NCBI GenBank assembly: GCA_040437565.1
Contig: JBDOQK010000082.1
Coordinates: 1 to 64,000, forward strand
Source of the DNA: Albugo candida
Lineage: Eukaryota
Direction: 5' to 3'
Length of the DNA stretch: 64,000 nucleotides
In this document: in pieces, positions 1 through 13,822 of the stretch
Layout: every line of letters starts with the position of its first letter
Numbering within the stretch: position 1 is the first letter of the stretch
Program-made: the position numbers and the translations under genes
The notes under the pieces: generated by a model
Told to the model about the DNA's origin: nothing
What the model saw: the letters and a program-made list of their open reading frames with translations, nothing else
Database searches by the model: none

Positions 1-957
1 TGCCAAAGGAAATTCAGAAAGATCAGAATTTTCTTGGTATTTTCATTAGATTGCGCAGATAGATCTTATACTTGATGTCTTTTTTCGATTGTGTATTTCA
101 TATGAAAAACTGCTACACTGAACTGATTTCAGCTGATACACCTTATTCCTTGACAATCGTCTGGTAATATGATGCGCAAATGCTGTGGCTTATGTCAATT
201 ATATGTACTGTGCAATCTCCATTTTTCATTTTTACAGATTTTAGTATTGTTAAGGTCGTATTTAGTGACAGGATCTAATGAAAATGTTCGCTGCGGTCTG
301 ACTACATCTCAGCGCACCATATAAGTGCTTATGCCACCAACATGTGGCCTCGAGCAAAGCGGCAAATTCATAGGTGCCGGCTCGGTAGTTGACGCTCAGA
401 GAGGAAAGAGGCGCAGATTTTTACTCAAGCTAATTTATTCGCACGAAAGATCACTCGTAATCATACAGCGAGGAGGAGATGTGCATATAAATGGCCTCAA
501 TTGTTTCTTCGACTTACTCTCTCTCGTTTGCGAACTTTCCGACACCATCTCCGTATAAGCTTATGTGGAATCTTGCAGAGACTGGTGAGAAAAAGATTAT
601 TGAAGCAATGTTTCATGTAGATCGATCCTCAAGAGCGATTGCTTTGCAGCGAAGGAATGCCGGTAATCAATGGTTTAGCTCAAGTCAACCATTGGTCATT
701 TATTCCAGCTCAATTCATTTTACAGAGACAGAGCATCCTCTCAGATTGACCCACCCGCATTTTCCGTGTCACTTATCGTCCTCTAAATCGGTGACTTCTT
801 AAACAATTTCTTTTCTCGTGACAATTGAACAAACATTTTCAGCCTGTGATGAGTATTGAACAGTTTTGAGTGACAGAATTCAGCTCGTCGAATTGCAAGC
901 CCTGCAATCTATTTTTTGCGTACGAACAAACCTCTTTCAGCCAGGTAATTGACTTTA

Positions 958-1136
958 TGTTTAGAGAAATGATGCCAGTGCAAATGTAGAAGTGTTATTT
1001 AACGTTATCCACCCACTACGAACGTATTCGTCTCTTCTCAATAGATCATCTTCGCCTGGATTCTCTACACCATCCAAGGATGAAATTGCCGTTATTCCGA
1101 AGTGTTCTGTCCACAGTGACTGTTGCTCTTCCAATG
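958..1136 (-). repeat. 3' LTR of the Copia element
   Basis: Aligns by eye with 5618-5810 (shared GTGCAAATGTAGAAGTGTTAT, ATCATCTTCGCCTGG, CCATCCAAGGAT). Confidence 0.9.
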
Positions 1137-2210
1137 CTCCTTCTCGGACGACGCGCTTCAATCGGCCCACCTGCACACAATCACACAAAATTAAACAATC
1201 CTGGCAACTCCACCACCTTGGCTGCCGGCAGTGTTTTCGTCAGATTGCTGCTTGATCATCCATCAGCATGCTCATTGGTTCCATCACAGGATGGTCAATT
1301 TTTTTGGCATCTCTCGCAATCCCAGCAGCTTCCTTCCGACGTGCGATGTCGAGGTAAATTCTGCCTCTATAGTGGACAGGGGCACCCCAGTCTGCCTATC
1401 ATCGTAAGTACCCCATCAGTTATTGAATTGCGATCGCTTTTGTTTGCTGCGAAACCTGAGCCGCACCTGCTTGTCACCGTCATATCACTATCTTGTGGTT
1501 CAACAATCATGTAAATCTTCTTGTCTTTTGTTGCTTTTAAGTATCGAGCAACGTGCTTCGTCAACTTCCAATCGCTGACGCTAGGCCGGTGAGTACGTCT
1601 CGTCACCTTGTGAACCTCGAANNNNNNNNNNNNNNNNNNNNNNNNNNNNNNNNNNNNNNNNNNNNNNNNNNNNNNNNNNNNNNNNNNNNNNNNNNNNNNN
1701 NNNNNNNNNNNNNNNNNNNNNAATGCTCCTTCTCGGACGACGCGCTTCAATCGGCCCACCTGCACACAATCACACAAAATTAAACAATCCTGGCAACTCC
1801 ACCACCTTGGCTGCCGGCAGTGTTTTCGTCAGATTGCTGCTTGATCATCCATCAGCATGCTCATTGGTTCCATCACAGGATGGTCAATTTTTTTGGCATC
1901 TCTCGCAATCCCAGCAGCTTCCTTCCGACGTGCGATGTCGAGGTAAATTCTGCCTCTATAGTGGACAGGGGCACCCCAGTCTGCCTATCATCGTAAGTAC
2001 CCCATCAGTTATTGAATTGCGATCGCTTTTGTTTGCTGCGAAACCTGAGCCGCACCTGCTTGTCACCGTCATATCACTATCTTGTGGTTCAACAATCATG
2101 TAAATCTTCTTGTCTTTTGTTGCTTTTAAGTATCGAGCAACGTGCTTCGTCAACTTCCAATCGCTGACGCTAGGCCGGTGAGTACGTCTCGTCACCTTGT
2201 GAACCTCGAA
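1133..2210. repeat. Apparently identical direct duplication around a 100-N gap (probable unmerged contig overlap)
   Basis: 1133-1621 is repeated at 1722-2210, with Ns at 1622-1721. Confidence 0.85.
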
Positions 2211-5200
2211 CCTGATGTCAGGTCTCGAGCATCAAGCGATCCTCAGTAGGCTACCGGCTAGCGACTGAAAGTACCATATAGTTAGCTCGCCATTTTAACC
2301 ACATTTCGCTAATAAATACATCGGTTCCGTTTCATGGTCGTTACTCGCTTCACCGACAGGCAGCTTTATGCCATTTGATTCCGTTAGTCCATTTTTACCC
2401 AGCATCTCGTCGTTAGCCGCACTTTGGTCAAGAGTGTACGTATTCTTCTCCTTTCAGCCCACACGCATTCCCAGGCCTTATTGACTTAACCCAAGTCCTT
2501 GATAAACAGTACGCTCATGGAATCGAAGAACTCTTCCACTTTGGTTTGTCTATACGCCGTGACCAAAAAATTGTCCACATACACCTCGACAATGGTTAGC
2601 TCTCCTTCGTCGCAATTAAAATACAGCACGCGTGCGACAAGCAGCGAGTACACCCATTTTCTTCCAGTTTCGTGTCTAATAGGTTGCTCCAAAGGCGACT
2701 CGCTTGTTTAAGCCCGTCAAGAGACTTCTTTAGCCGTAATGCCAGTTTGTCGCTGCCTTGAACTGCATGGCGACAAACCACTTGTCCTTTTGGCCTCTTT
2801 TTTCATGCCCTGACTGTAGTTTTCTAGGCCGCTCATGCGAATGCTATTCACCACATCCGTGTGCTCCTCCAAATTCCGCTCGTTATTCTTATTTCGAATA
2901 TTTCTGGTTGTCGATCTGGCTCCATGTGCCTCTCGCGCTCATCTCCTTGTTCTTGTGCGCTTCTTGCGCTCTTTAGCCTAAACTGTCACATGTCTCGTCT
3001 CTTGGTGCGCTAAATCGTCTTGTACAAGTTCAACATCTTCTTGTTGCAGCTTCCACAGCCGATATTGTACTTCAGCCTTGTTAGTGTCTCCACTTTCCCA
3101 ACTTGTTGGTTAATCGCCACGACCTTGTCACCTGCTATCTACACTCGGTACCTCTTTGATTTCATCATTCTTGGCTATAATCAGGCTTTGTTCACCTCGC
3201 GCTCCCAATGACTTGTTCTTCGCGTCCTGATGGCCAGTGTATGGTGATCCAAAAACCACAGTGTCGCTCAGCACAGGTTTCGTCGTCGTCAGAATTTGAA
3301 AAAGGTGATTGTCAATCGGCGTTTGCCGCGCTTGGGCTTCATTTAAGAATATGGGCAGCATATTTAACCGCATCACCCCTGAACCTCAGTGGCAGGCCGC
3401 TCCCGAATATCATGCTACACACCATATCTATAATGGTGCGGTGCATTCGATCGGCCTTGCCATTGGTTCGCTAATTTGTCGGGCAATTCCTATGTCCGTG
3501 CAAAAGAGATTCAGAGTCTGATAGTCACCACCTTGTCTGTCTGAGAACGTGAATGCGACAGATCAATTGCCGTTCGAAAAATATTATGAATTGATTGAAT
3601 CTCTGAGCAGCTGCATCTTTTTTCTTCGCCAAGAAAACGCGACAGTAGGTCGTTTCATTGTCCACAAAGTTTACCATGTAATGATTTCCTGTCTATCAAG
3701 AGAGGCCACGGGAACCTTCAAGTCAGAGCAGATGACCTCCCTTCCTCCCCTGATAACATGAACCGGTGCATTTTCTCCAGTGTTTTTCTTCGACTGCGAG
3801 GAATCGGTTTGCTTCCGTTGGGCGCAAGCTAGGCAATGTTCACGCGTGGAGTTGGCCAATTCGATTCCGCAAGCGGGATCATTGGCCATGCAAATATTTG
3901 TGTCGTATTTTAGACGCGCAAGCCTTCTCTGGAAGTGCAGAAGTGATCCCATTTTTATGTTTTGGGTCACTTGCCAACACCGTCATTAGCACATCCCTGG
4001 ACCTATTGACGCATCCGCTCCCATGAGACCGCACAACGAGCACATTTCTCATCTTCTCAATGGCAGAGATGGCCATCCCACTGTCAACGCTGGCGGCGAC
4101 CCTGTAATTCCCATGTAGGATATCCCGAACCCTTTGGCCTTCAAAATGCCATAGGAATCAATCCTCCTTTCAATGTTCTCGGCATAATGCATGTCCAAAA
4201 ACCGCACTTCTGTGACCTTGCCCTTCACAATGGTCATAATTTCAACGCTTCCACGCTTTGAGATTCACAGACGTTCTCCGTCAGCTGGGACGCACTCTAC
4301 TTTAAAATCCTCTGGTTCGTCGAGCATTCATTCATCGTTTACTAAGTGTCTGCTTCAGCCGCTGTCCAATATTCATTGTCTTTGATCAGCGCTGCTGTCC
4401 TCCACTGCAAGAACAAAATTGATGTCAACGCTTGTTTCTCTGTTGGCCTTATTCGAGGGACACGAAGCCTGTATGTGTCCCAGCTTTCCGCAACTGTAAC
4501 TCTTCCGCAAATCTTTGCCCACGTTTCCTGCCTTCTCGCTCACGATTTTGTGAGTTATTCACGACGTCTTCTACAATGTGCCTTCCGCGAAGCTCGATCT
4601 CCGTCGACTTCGCGGAGTGCGCCAATTAATCTGCTTGACGCAATTATTCAATCTTTGTCAAGTTGAAGACGGCCAGCATTGATACTCTCATTGATGGGTC
4701 AGCATAGTGGACAATGTTGTCATGTGCCAAGTTGTCTGCTACACCACATGCCTCGCTTACTGAGACCAGGTACAAATAGTGTTCGGTCAAGATGCGCTCG
4801 GGACTCTTGGGGACCGTAAACAGTTTAATCCTCTGTGCTGGAGAGATCTAAGCTGCGAACGTATGAAGAAGCCTTTGCATGGCGTACTTTATTGTCGACA
4901 CCTCCTGCCATCAGTCTTCAACTTGGAGGCTGTAGTAATGCCCTACCATTCCGGCAAGATTTTTTCCAAGTACGTCTATCCTGAAATCTTCTGTCCACGC
5001 ACTCTTAGCGAAAGAGACTTACTGTACAAGCTTCTCCCCCCCAGATCGGAAACCACTTCCTAGACCCTGGTAAAGCTCCTTTCCATCAAAGGGACGAATC
5101 TTCAGCTTGCGCTGTCTTGCTTGAGGCATTCTAGCATATGACGCGACATTCTGTGGTAACGGCCACTTCTTGTACACTGAAGGGGGCATGTAGTACTGTG

Positions 5201-5617
5201 GCAATTTCGGCTGCGGAGCCTGTGCCCCCTCGAAATTTGTACCCGGCCTTGCTTACCAAGGTTGATTCACCCCGAAGTATGTTCTTAGAGACAGATTTGG
5301 CGACCAAGCTCTCCGCCGTGTCACATCGAGAGCACCCTGATTCACAGGCTATCCCTGACCGATCGCCGAGCCGAACACGCTGGACTCCCTGTCCATTAGC
5401 TGGTCATTGGCCTCTTGTGACGTGTCTAGCTTGGCCATTCGCCACTTCATTCCCGGTAGTAGGTCTCCCAGCCTGTCAGCCGTGTTCCGCAGTATCTCCT
5501 CTTCCTTCACTTCTAAGTCTTCACTTTGTAGACTGCCATCCCTTACGCAACAAGCAACTGTAAGGTCCCCGCAAGGGGTCCACCGTGTGGGCGACATTAT
5601 CTATTGGGCTCATATCT

Positions 5618-5810
5618 TGTTGAAAGGAATGATGAAAGTGCAAATGTAGAAGTGTTATATGTTGTTATCTACCAGCTACGACTGTTTTGTCTCTTCGCAA
5701 CTAATCATCTTCGCCTGGTTCTCTCATACCATCCAAGGATAGAAACTACCGTTACTCCGAAGTGGTCGGTCGACAGCAACGCTTTCACAGCGACTGCTGC
5801 TCTTCAAATA
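5618..5810 (-). repeat. 5' LTR of the Copia element
   Basis: Homologous to 958-1136, adjacent to the PBS-like site, followed by TSD CTTTA. Confidence 0.9.
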
Positions 5811-5886
5811 CTTTATGTATAAAGCAATGATGTCAAGCATTTTTCAAGTTGGACTGTAACCCTTTCTATCGTGATATTTACTTTAT

Positions 5887-8490
5887 GGGTGTGACTATTG
5901 CCACAGACGTTTTGGCTCATGCCACAGAAAAAACACCTCTAATTGGCTAATTTGTGTAAACACACATAAATTTATCGATAGGGTGACTGTATAACTGCGT
6001 CTACGTAAGATAGATACATAATACCTTACACGTTTCCACGATTTCGGATTTCCTCGTCTCCCTCCCTATCACGCAGCAGCATCCAACGAGTTGCGCAATA
6101 ATAACGGCTTTCACGCAAAAAAGGATTCAAAATACACGAAAGAATCTGATGTCAATGTTCGAAACAAATTGCAAATTGCTGCAGCCACCAGCATGACCTG
6201 CTGGAGCCTAATATAGTTCTCGCAAAGCGATAGAAAAGGCATTGAATGGATTCGCCGGCACCCAAGACTATGAGATAGTGACAAAAGCATCCTACAATCA
6301 GCGTAACGTGTAATTTTCGCAGGTTTTGGCCCAACAGTCATATAGTCGCATAATGGTGTCAAAGGACGGGAAGTGGTACTTGCGTGCGCGCTACATACAC
6401 ATGTAGCTCATTAAGATCGTTCCTAAATATTACTTTCTCTTTTACCTATTGACCTTCACCTCGGCGCACACACTTGTCGTCTATAATAACAGGCACTATA
6501 CGGCACATTACATATGTGACCGAGCAGGGCCTTACCGTAATTGTCTTGGTCCAACCTAAAACACGAAAGAACTCGACAATACTTTCCGATTGTACATTCC
6601 ACTTGAAATCCATACAGGATGAACTGCATTGGACTTTCCACGTAGTTGAAGAGGATCATAACCATACACCATCCACCTCCACAAGCGCCCATCCTATTCA
6701 CCTCAGACTCGAAACAGGAAATTAGAATACAATAGTTGGACTGTATGATGCTGAGATCCCAGAAAAAAAATTTCACACACGTTTGCGGAATGATCGTGAT
6801 ATTGTTTTGCCCAAGAATACTGAATAACGTCCGCCAAGTCGCAATTCTCAAACCTCTTGATGGACGTACACCGATGGATGCCGTTGTACAGAAATTTCGC
6901 AGATTGCAATTTGATATTGAAACAATATTAAGCAATTGTGACGGCAAACATTCCCAGTTGTGCTTTGCCCATTTAACATCTACAGAGATGGGTCAAGGGC
7001 AAAATGACATTTTCCTTGTGGTTGACAGAAATACGACAAATGATTTGTAGCTTCCGTTGTTGCATATCATTCGGTACTTGTCGATGTGTAAAACATTTTT
7101 TGTCGCATTTGTTGAAACTTCTTCCGATCTATTTTCAGGAAAGAATCTACTTCGGAAGTTTTTGACGTTGATCGCGAGCTGGTACTAATTGTAGAAATTC
7201 AAGAACACTTCCCTACTACCTAGATTCTGTTATGTGTATGGCATATTGAAAAGACATAGTGATAAAATGCAAAGCATATTTTCCAAAAGAAAAGAAGAAT
7301 GGACAGCCTTCATGAATCAATGGAGAGCATCATGCATGGAAATCACAATGCTTTTACGTTGAAGTATGGAAATGCATCGAATTGCGTGCAGACAGCGCAA
7401 TCATCAAATATATTGTCGAAGCATGTATTCCCTACAGAGAAATTTTTGCTACTGCTTGGACTGATCGTATAACGCATTTCGATCATACTGCAACCTCGTG
7501 CGGTGATAGTGCTCATCAAATGCTCAAGCAATACATGGCAACTAGCATGAACAACCTTTTTCCGTGCTACGGAAAGTTATACCTTGCTATTGATAATAAT
7601 CTTGCGGAGCAAGATATGTCCCCACATCGTCAACAAATGAAAATATTCAACTATGCACAGCGAACGCCTCAAGGAATGATATTTCGGAATACCAATTTAA
7701 AAGTTTCATATTTTGCACTGAATAAAATCTACGTATACTTGAAAGTTTCGCGCCAGCCACGAAGAAACGAGGAAGACTTATGCTCTGGAGTTTTTTTGCA
7801 TCGTCTGAGGTTCCCTGTAAGCACAAACTGCGTCAATACCTGGGTCAAGAGAAAAACATGCAAATGAGCGACATCCATCCGCGTTGGCGCTTGGCTAGGC
7901 CGCACCAACCAAGTCCTCTTCTGTTGTGGCCAGGCAAAAGTCTCCGGATGTTACTTGATCAGGTGATCACCTGCTTTGCGGCCTTGCCAAGCCATCAGCA
8001 GGCTACAGCAATCAACGAACCTCAGACACTTTCGCAGCAAAAAAATTCCAAAAACTTTGCAAGATCAAGTCATTGCGGGCCTCTAAGAGAGGCCGCGCCA
8101 AGAACATGCATCGTCGCGACGCAATTTATCTAGGTTCGAGTCGTGGGACTCAAGCAATTCTCCAAAAAACGTTTATGCAGAGCCTGTGGTGGAGCAGGGC
8201 ACCGTTCGGATTCTAAAAAGTACAAGAATAAAATCATTAAAAGAAATTCTATTATGTATCTTAGGCAGACGCAGTAATATTGTCACCCTATAAATGAATC
8301 AAGTTAGTTTACACAGACTAGCCAATTAGATACGTTTTGTATTTGTCAATAGTAAAACGTGTGTGGGAATAGCGAAAACGATCGATGATTTCACACAAAA
8401 TAGCCAATCATATTAGTTTATACAAATTAGTCAATCAGAGGTGTTTTGTCTGTGGCATTAGCCAAAACGTCTGTGGCAATAGTGAAACCC
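5887..8490 (+). mobile_element. Mutator-like (MULE/FAR1-type) DNA transposon, both ends present, transposase decayed
   Basis: ~75-bp TIRs (5887-5961 and 8416-8490, core CTATTGCCACAGACGTTTTGGCT). Imperfect 9-bp TSD TTACTTTAT/TTAGTTAAT. Transposase remnants: WTFHVVEEDHNH, ILLCVWHIEK, AWTDRITHF...DSAHQMLK, PCKH...DIHPRW, CRACGGAGH knuckle. Confidence 0.92.
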
Positions 8491-9560
8491 TTAGTTAATA
8501 TTGCGTCTAGACTCTCACGTAATCATCTGTCACGCGAAATTTTTTTGAAAGCTGTGATAACCGGAGACGAAAAAGCGGTCTTCGTGGTGTTTAAAGATCG
8601 CCTATATACATACGCTTCGTCATTATTCACCAAACTTCGGTAGCGATACAACAAAAGGGAAATTAATAGCGATTAAACCTGTTGCAAAACTTCTTTCGCA
8701 TGATCTTCTGACTAAATTCGCCTATGTCTCCACGAAATCAAAAACAATGACATCAAGTAGCTCGCTCCGAAAAATGCTTCTCTGGAAGCCTCCACTCTTT
8801 CGTGCATAAAATAGAATTCTCGGTCTTGGAATAAAATTCTCGTTTCTCCTGGTATTCAACAATTTTCCGCTGCTGCTGTGCGTCAATGAAGTAAGTAAAT
8901 CACACACGATGCATGAGCCTGTTCGACACACTTTTTTAAATAAGCAGATGTGGCTATTTAAGGGCCCAAAGGATACGCCAGCTTCAATGCCTTGCAAAAA
9001 GTAGACCGTCTGTAACAATATGCAGTCACTTCGTTGTTTTCGCTAAATTACAAATATCACTATCGGTAAAATATTTAAGAGAAGAAGCCACTTCACAGCT
9101 CTTCATTACTGACCGGGTTATGATCATTTACGTGCTTCTTATAGATATCCTCTCCTATTGCAACATAGAGTAGTTTCTGTAAAGGCTGGGAACGAACAAA
9201 TGATGTTGTCAATATCTTCCCTTGCTATGAGAGCTTGTGTCACCTCAACTACTACGTGGATAGTGCAGACGACTTTTGCAAGAAAAATATACACATCATC
9301 AATTTTTCTAATACTTGCGGGGCGCTTGTACAAGCGCACTTCCGTCTACTGAATGTAGAAGACGTTTTCGCTCGTACAGGTGTGAAAATAAGATGACTAC
9401 AAAAATTGATATCATCTATTGCCAGTATTACGTTATTCCGATTATATGCGGGGACTTCGTTCGAACTGGTATCTGCAGATGTCGGATCAGACGCTAATAT
9501 CTCTCTACATAGCAACTCTGTTGTGAATGATTGATTGCGAGGATGGATTTAATGAAGTAC

Positions 9561-10830
9561 CTAGGCTGTGGTTGAGAAATCAATTACTTTCAGCTTCAAT
9601 CTGAAGTCGTCCTTGCGACCAGCCAACTGTAATCTCCCTAGGAACCAATTGAAAGGATTCGTTCTTGATGGAGCAGAAACATAACGTTTTGTTAGAATAG
9701 AATCAACATTTTTGTTTACGTTTTGTTTAATCTTGGTACATCGTAGGAGGTTCATGCTCTGCGAATAAATTACAGAATGTATTCGACCTAACCCCGATTG
9801 GCATCATATCATCTCCGTTTAGATATGATCAATCTCACGTCGAAATTCTGAGGAGCATCATTGATTACAATTACAAGTACTTCAAATCCAACTTATTATA
9901 AACCGATAATTTCATAAGATGACTTCGAGCTCACATGTAAAGATAAAGCACCCTTACAGTAACAACCATGTTTGAAGATGGCTTCGGAAGCCACATAAAT
10001 TTTACAGCGATCCTTCCCACGATTGTTCCTGAGATTAGTTGAATAAGGTGATGATGATGAATACTTCTATACAAGGATGGTACAAAGATAAAGAAATGAC
10101 TCATTTCCAATTTCGATGCCACAGCTCAGCTCCAGTATTATTTATTGACGGAAAACGCGACACTAACATGAGAACTCTAATCAAAACGGTGAATGGATTC
10201 ATATGAGAATAAAACATTTTTAAACCTTTCCCCCCAACGTTCGTCAATTCGCCATAAGTCATAAGTTTAAACGCTTTTTGATAAATTTCTTATCCCAGCT
10301 CTACGATTAGTTGAGGGTAACCATTGTGATGGAATTCTTTCTTTGAGTTTCATAAAGCGCATATCTATTGCACCAAATATACTTAGTCGTCCGCAATATA
10401 TTCTTGATTCTATGTTCTATTTACGATAAACCATTTTTAATTTCAGAGATTGTCCGGAAGCAGCGACTAGTATCAGAGAATCTAGCCTTAAGAGTATTGA
10501 ATAGCACTTAACTAGCATTGCATGCATTTTAAATAATATTCTTTGTTCCATTGCCTGCAAGGTACATCGTCCGCATATTATGGCCTAATTGACGTTCATT
10601 TTAATGAAGTCTAGCTAAAAAAACTCTTAACTCTGAGCAGAAGTCACATGGGCAAACAGCATCTATTTTTTTACCCTGTCATCATCAAAGGTCGCCCTTT
10701 CATCCTATTCCTTTTTCGTCAAGTCTTTCTTCCCCGGAATCAGACTCCAATCATTAATAACCTTTACCATTAGCTCTAACACAAGACAGCGGGCATATTA
10801 TCAAATGACAGACACATCGTGGGCATTCCA
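9561..10830 (-). pseudogene. Heavily decayed paralogue of the secreted protein at 13823-14965
   Basis: Minus-strand fragments GAIDM, IPSQWLP and SWDKKF correspond to GAMAA, NPLQWLP and SWDEDL. C-terminal APSRTNPFNWFLGR...KDDFRL corresponds to RPSKYNPLNWLGR...KDGSRL. Multiple frameshifts; boundaries approximate. Confidence 0.7.
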
Positions 10831-13822
10831 TTCTATCAATTCACAAACTTATTGAAACGGTAAATTCCAATGCGGTAGCACTCGAAGTATGGAAGGTGGA
10901 CATTGCTAATGCTAAAAAGTCATTAAATGGAAATGGAAATAAGTAGCTTATTTTCGATGCCATAAACCATCTATTGGAGCAACGAATCGCGAAGAGCAAG
11001 AACAATGGATGAGATGTGTCAAGAACAATACAAATCACTCCAACCTTGTTGTGTATCAGATCTTCAAGACCATGGGAAACTCAAGTATTTTTTTTGAATG
11101 CTGGCGGCGATTCTATAAAAGCAGGATACGAATTGGATGTATAGAACCGGAATATGCTATCAACCGGTCAAAGAAGCTAAGATACATTTCAGAATCTTGT
11201 ATTCAATTCTCTTAGAAAAGAAACTTGGTCAGCTATTCGAGCGATGGAATATATTGCATGCGATTCGTTAATAGCCATTTTTCTGTCAGATACTTTTAAT
11301 ACAGATCTGTAAACGAGTGATGTAAAGCAATATGGTAAATGAACCGAAGGAGCTTTGTATTTGATGACCATTATCTTGCATCGCTTCTACAACTGCACCG
11401 TAGTAGTATTGGTGCTTCGATAGTCGGAAGACTTGATCTTCTGTGTCATTCACCATTACTTGAAAAGATGCAATCTGCTTTTTCAATACCTCGTTCAATT
11501 TGATAGTGATGAATTGAAATTTAATCTGAATGCATATTGCATTGCGCTCCCCAAAGTTGTCTTCATCGTCAGATACACCTCGATATGCTTAGTAAATTAA
11601 TTATAGGGGATATGAAGTGATGCATGGAGAGCTTTGGCGCTAAAGTCTTGAATATAATGGACGATGTTGTTGAAAAGCTTCCTTGAAGGAGAACAATTAC
11701 GTGGACAAGCACGACACTCATCACCGAATAAATATTATTCGCTTGGCGAATCTTGATGAGAATCATTACAGATACTGCATCGAAATATCGAAGTCACCAT
11801 TTGATATATTTTAGCGTCACACCGTGTCAGTTTCCTTTACGTAGTCCACTTTTGTGTCTTAATTCTTACTCTTATAGCCATGGTCACTAGTAATGAAATA
11901 CGTGCCCACGACGGCTCAACTATTCGCTTGATTGGCTCATTTTGCGTTCCAAATTTACAAACTTACAAGATGAAGGGAATGAATGTTTTTCATTTACTAT
12001 CAGAAGATGCTGCACGGGATCGGAACAGGGTACTTCTGAGTGGTGAAATTCGAATAAGGTCACGTATAGATCACGTGACTAGTACGAAATATCGATGCGT
12101 CCCTATTTTGTTCTGAAGAAATTCTGCGCTTTTTTAGAGAGTCTTACTTGTAGCACGGGGCAATTCATGATGATCCCAATGATTTGTTCTGATATGTTTG
12201 CATGTTTCGATGACAACTTTGTCCAATGATTTCACGAAGTCATGAAACATGAAGTCAATTGGATGCTCAGAACAGGGCTTCATTTAAGCTTTCATGATTT
12301 TCGTGTCCTTGTGAACGACAGCTTTTTGCATAGATTTCGCAGTCTCACGGCTTTTCTCCTGACAATTTATAGTCTCTTGGTTTTCACGCAACAAACTGCT
12401 TTCGATTGCAGCCGAAGAATTATCTCTTGGCGTTTGGAGACAAAGAACTTGGGGAGAAATTTGAGTTTGAAGCGTTTAACTCGGCTCGATTTGAGTAGCT
12501 AGCCGGTAGAGTGATAGGTCTGATGTGAGAATGCTAGCCTGGGATGAAGTTGATTCGGTTTCGCAACTTTCATGAAGAGCAAGGTGGACTTTTGACGGAA
12601 ACCACGTTTTGGAGCCGTTGGTGTACACGGTTGACATGGGTATACAAAATGAAAGGAGACGTTTTGAGCGATCATAAAAATTTGGACACGAGGAGGAAGC
12701 GATGTTCGCAAAGCAAAAAAAGAGACAAAGAGAAAGTCATCTATCGATAGAGTAAATCCAAGTGGATACTTGATTGCGATAGTAGTTATCTGAAAAATGA
12801 GACAGCAATATTCAAGCTGAGAAGCCCTCGTTCCTGTCAACACAATGATGTCAAGATCACATTACGTGAGAACGTTAATCGAATACTTTGTGTAGAATCG
12901 TTGGCTTAACCTTCAGAAACCGCTTTGATCCTGTTGTAACCGGTGCCCGATAGTTCACTCCGATGGGCAGGTTGATCTGACGAAAGGTTTTTTTCGTAAG
13001 TAAGTCAAAAATTAATTCTTCCCACATCGATTTAATTGGAATTTGAGAAGTAAAAACATGACTACGAAAATGAAGCGGCTGAGCAAAGTACTACTACATT
13101 GGATCTGGTTTTCACCTGCAGCTGTAACTTTACAAGTTCGTAAGATGGATGATCGATATACATGATTGCTCGACACAATCTTCTACATCAGCAGATGTAG
13201 CTCACCCTCTAGCTCAATTGGATATGGCTGGGTCGAAGCTTGACAAGCCATCTTGTCAGAATTAAAGCAGCACTTTCGCAACTATTAGGTGTCGTCATCT
13301 CATACAGTTTATTTGTCAGACAAAGCTCGCGAAACTAGCTATTCCATAGCTCATCTAGTAATCGTGTTCATGAACACGAAGCTGCATCCTTCAAAACGTG
13401 AATCTTATCGCACTGGGACGATTGGCTGGTGCCTTGAAAGCTTGTTACACAAAATACGACGTCTTTCAATAGCTCCCCCTTTAATGTAATACGCAGAACA
13501 AGCTGATGCAGAGGATATTCAGTAGAAAAAGGTGACGTTGTATCATTTTCCTACTACTTGCCAGGCGCAAATTCCGCATTTATACCTCTGCTCAATTCAA
13601 AACACGTTTGGCTTTGCGTTCATGACGCTTCATCTCAGCTGATTACGTGTGTACAACAACAATGAGAAACCGACATTACATTTTGCAAAGTATCATGTTA
13701 TTTTCCGAAATAAACCACAGACTTGTTTTGATCGGTTAAGTTGAATGCTGGCTACCATGGGGAGACCTCATCAATTGTTCCATACCTGATGCAGCGATGT
13801 GGTTATGGCTGGGCGAATTTAT

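Larger units (their letters stand above)
958..5810 (-). mobile_element. Degenerate full-length Ty1/Copia LTR retrotransposon
   Basis: Paired diverged LTRs at 958-1136 and 5618-5810 with a 5-bp TSD CTTTA (953-957, 5811-5815). PBS-like GATATGAGCCCA follows the 5' LTR and PPT GAGAAGGAG precedes the 3' LTR on the minus strand. Fragments in Copia order: gag (RKLKIRPFDGKELYQGLG), protease (WILDSG), integrase (CLACAQRKQ...VICSDLK), RT (LKKSLDGLKQASRLW, YVDNFLV), partial RNase H. Many stops and frameshifts. Confidence 0.95.

Noticed and set aside
1133..2210. Tandem duplication inside the Copia element
   Set aside because: Apparently identical copies on either side of a 100-N gap; best explained as an assembly overlap.
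11880..13500. Short ORFs as a host gene
   Set aside because: No recognisable domain and no consistent exon chain could be supported.
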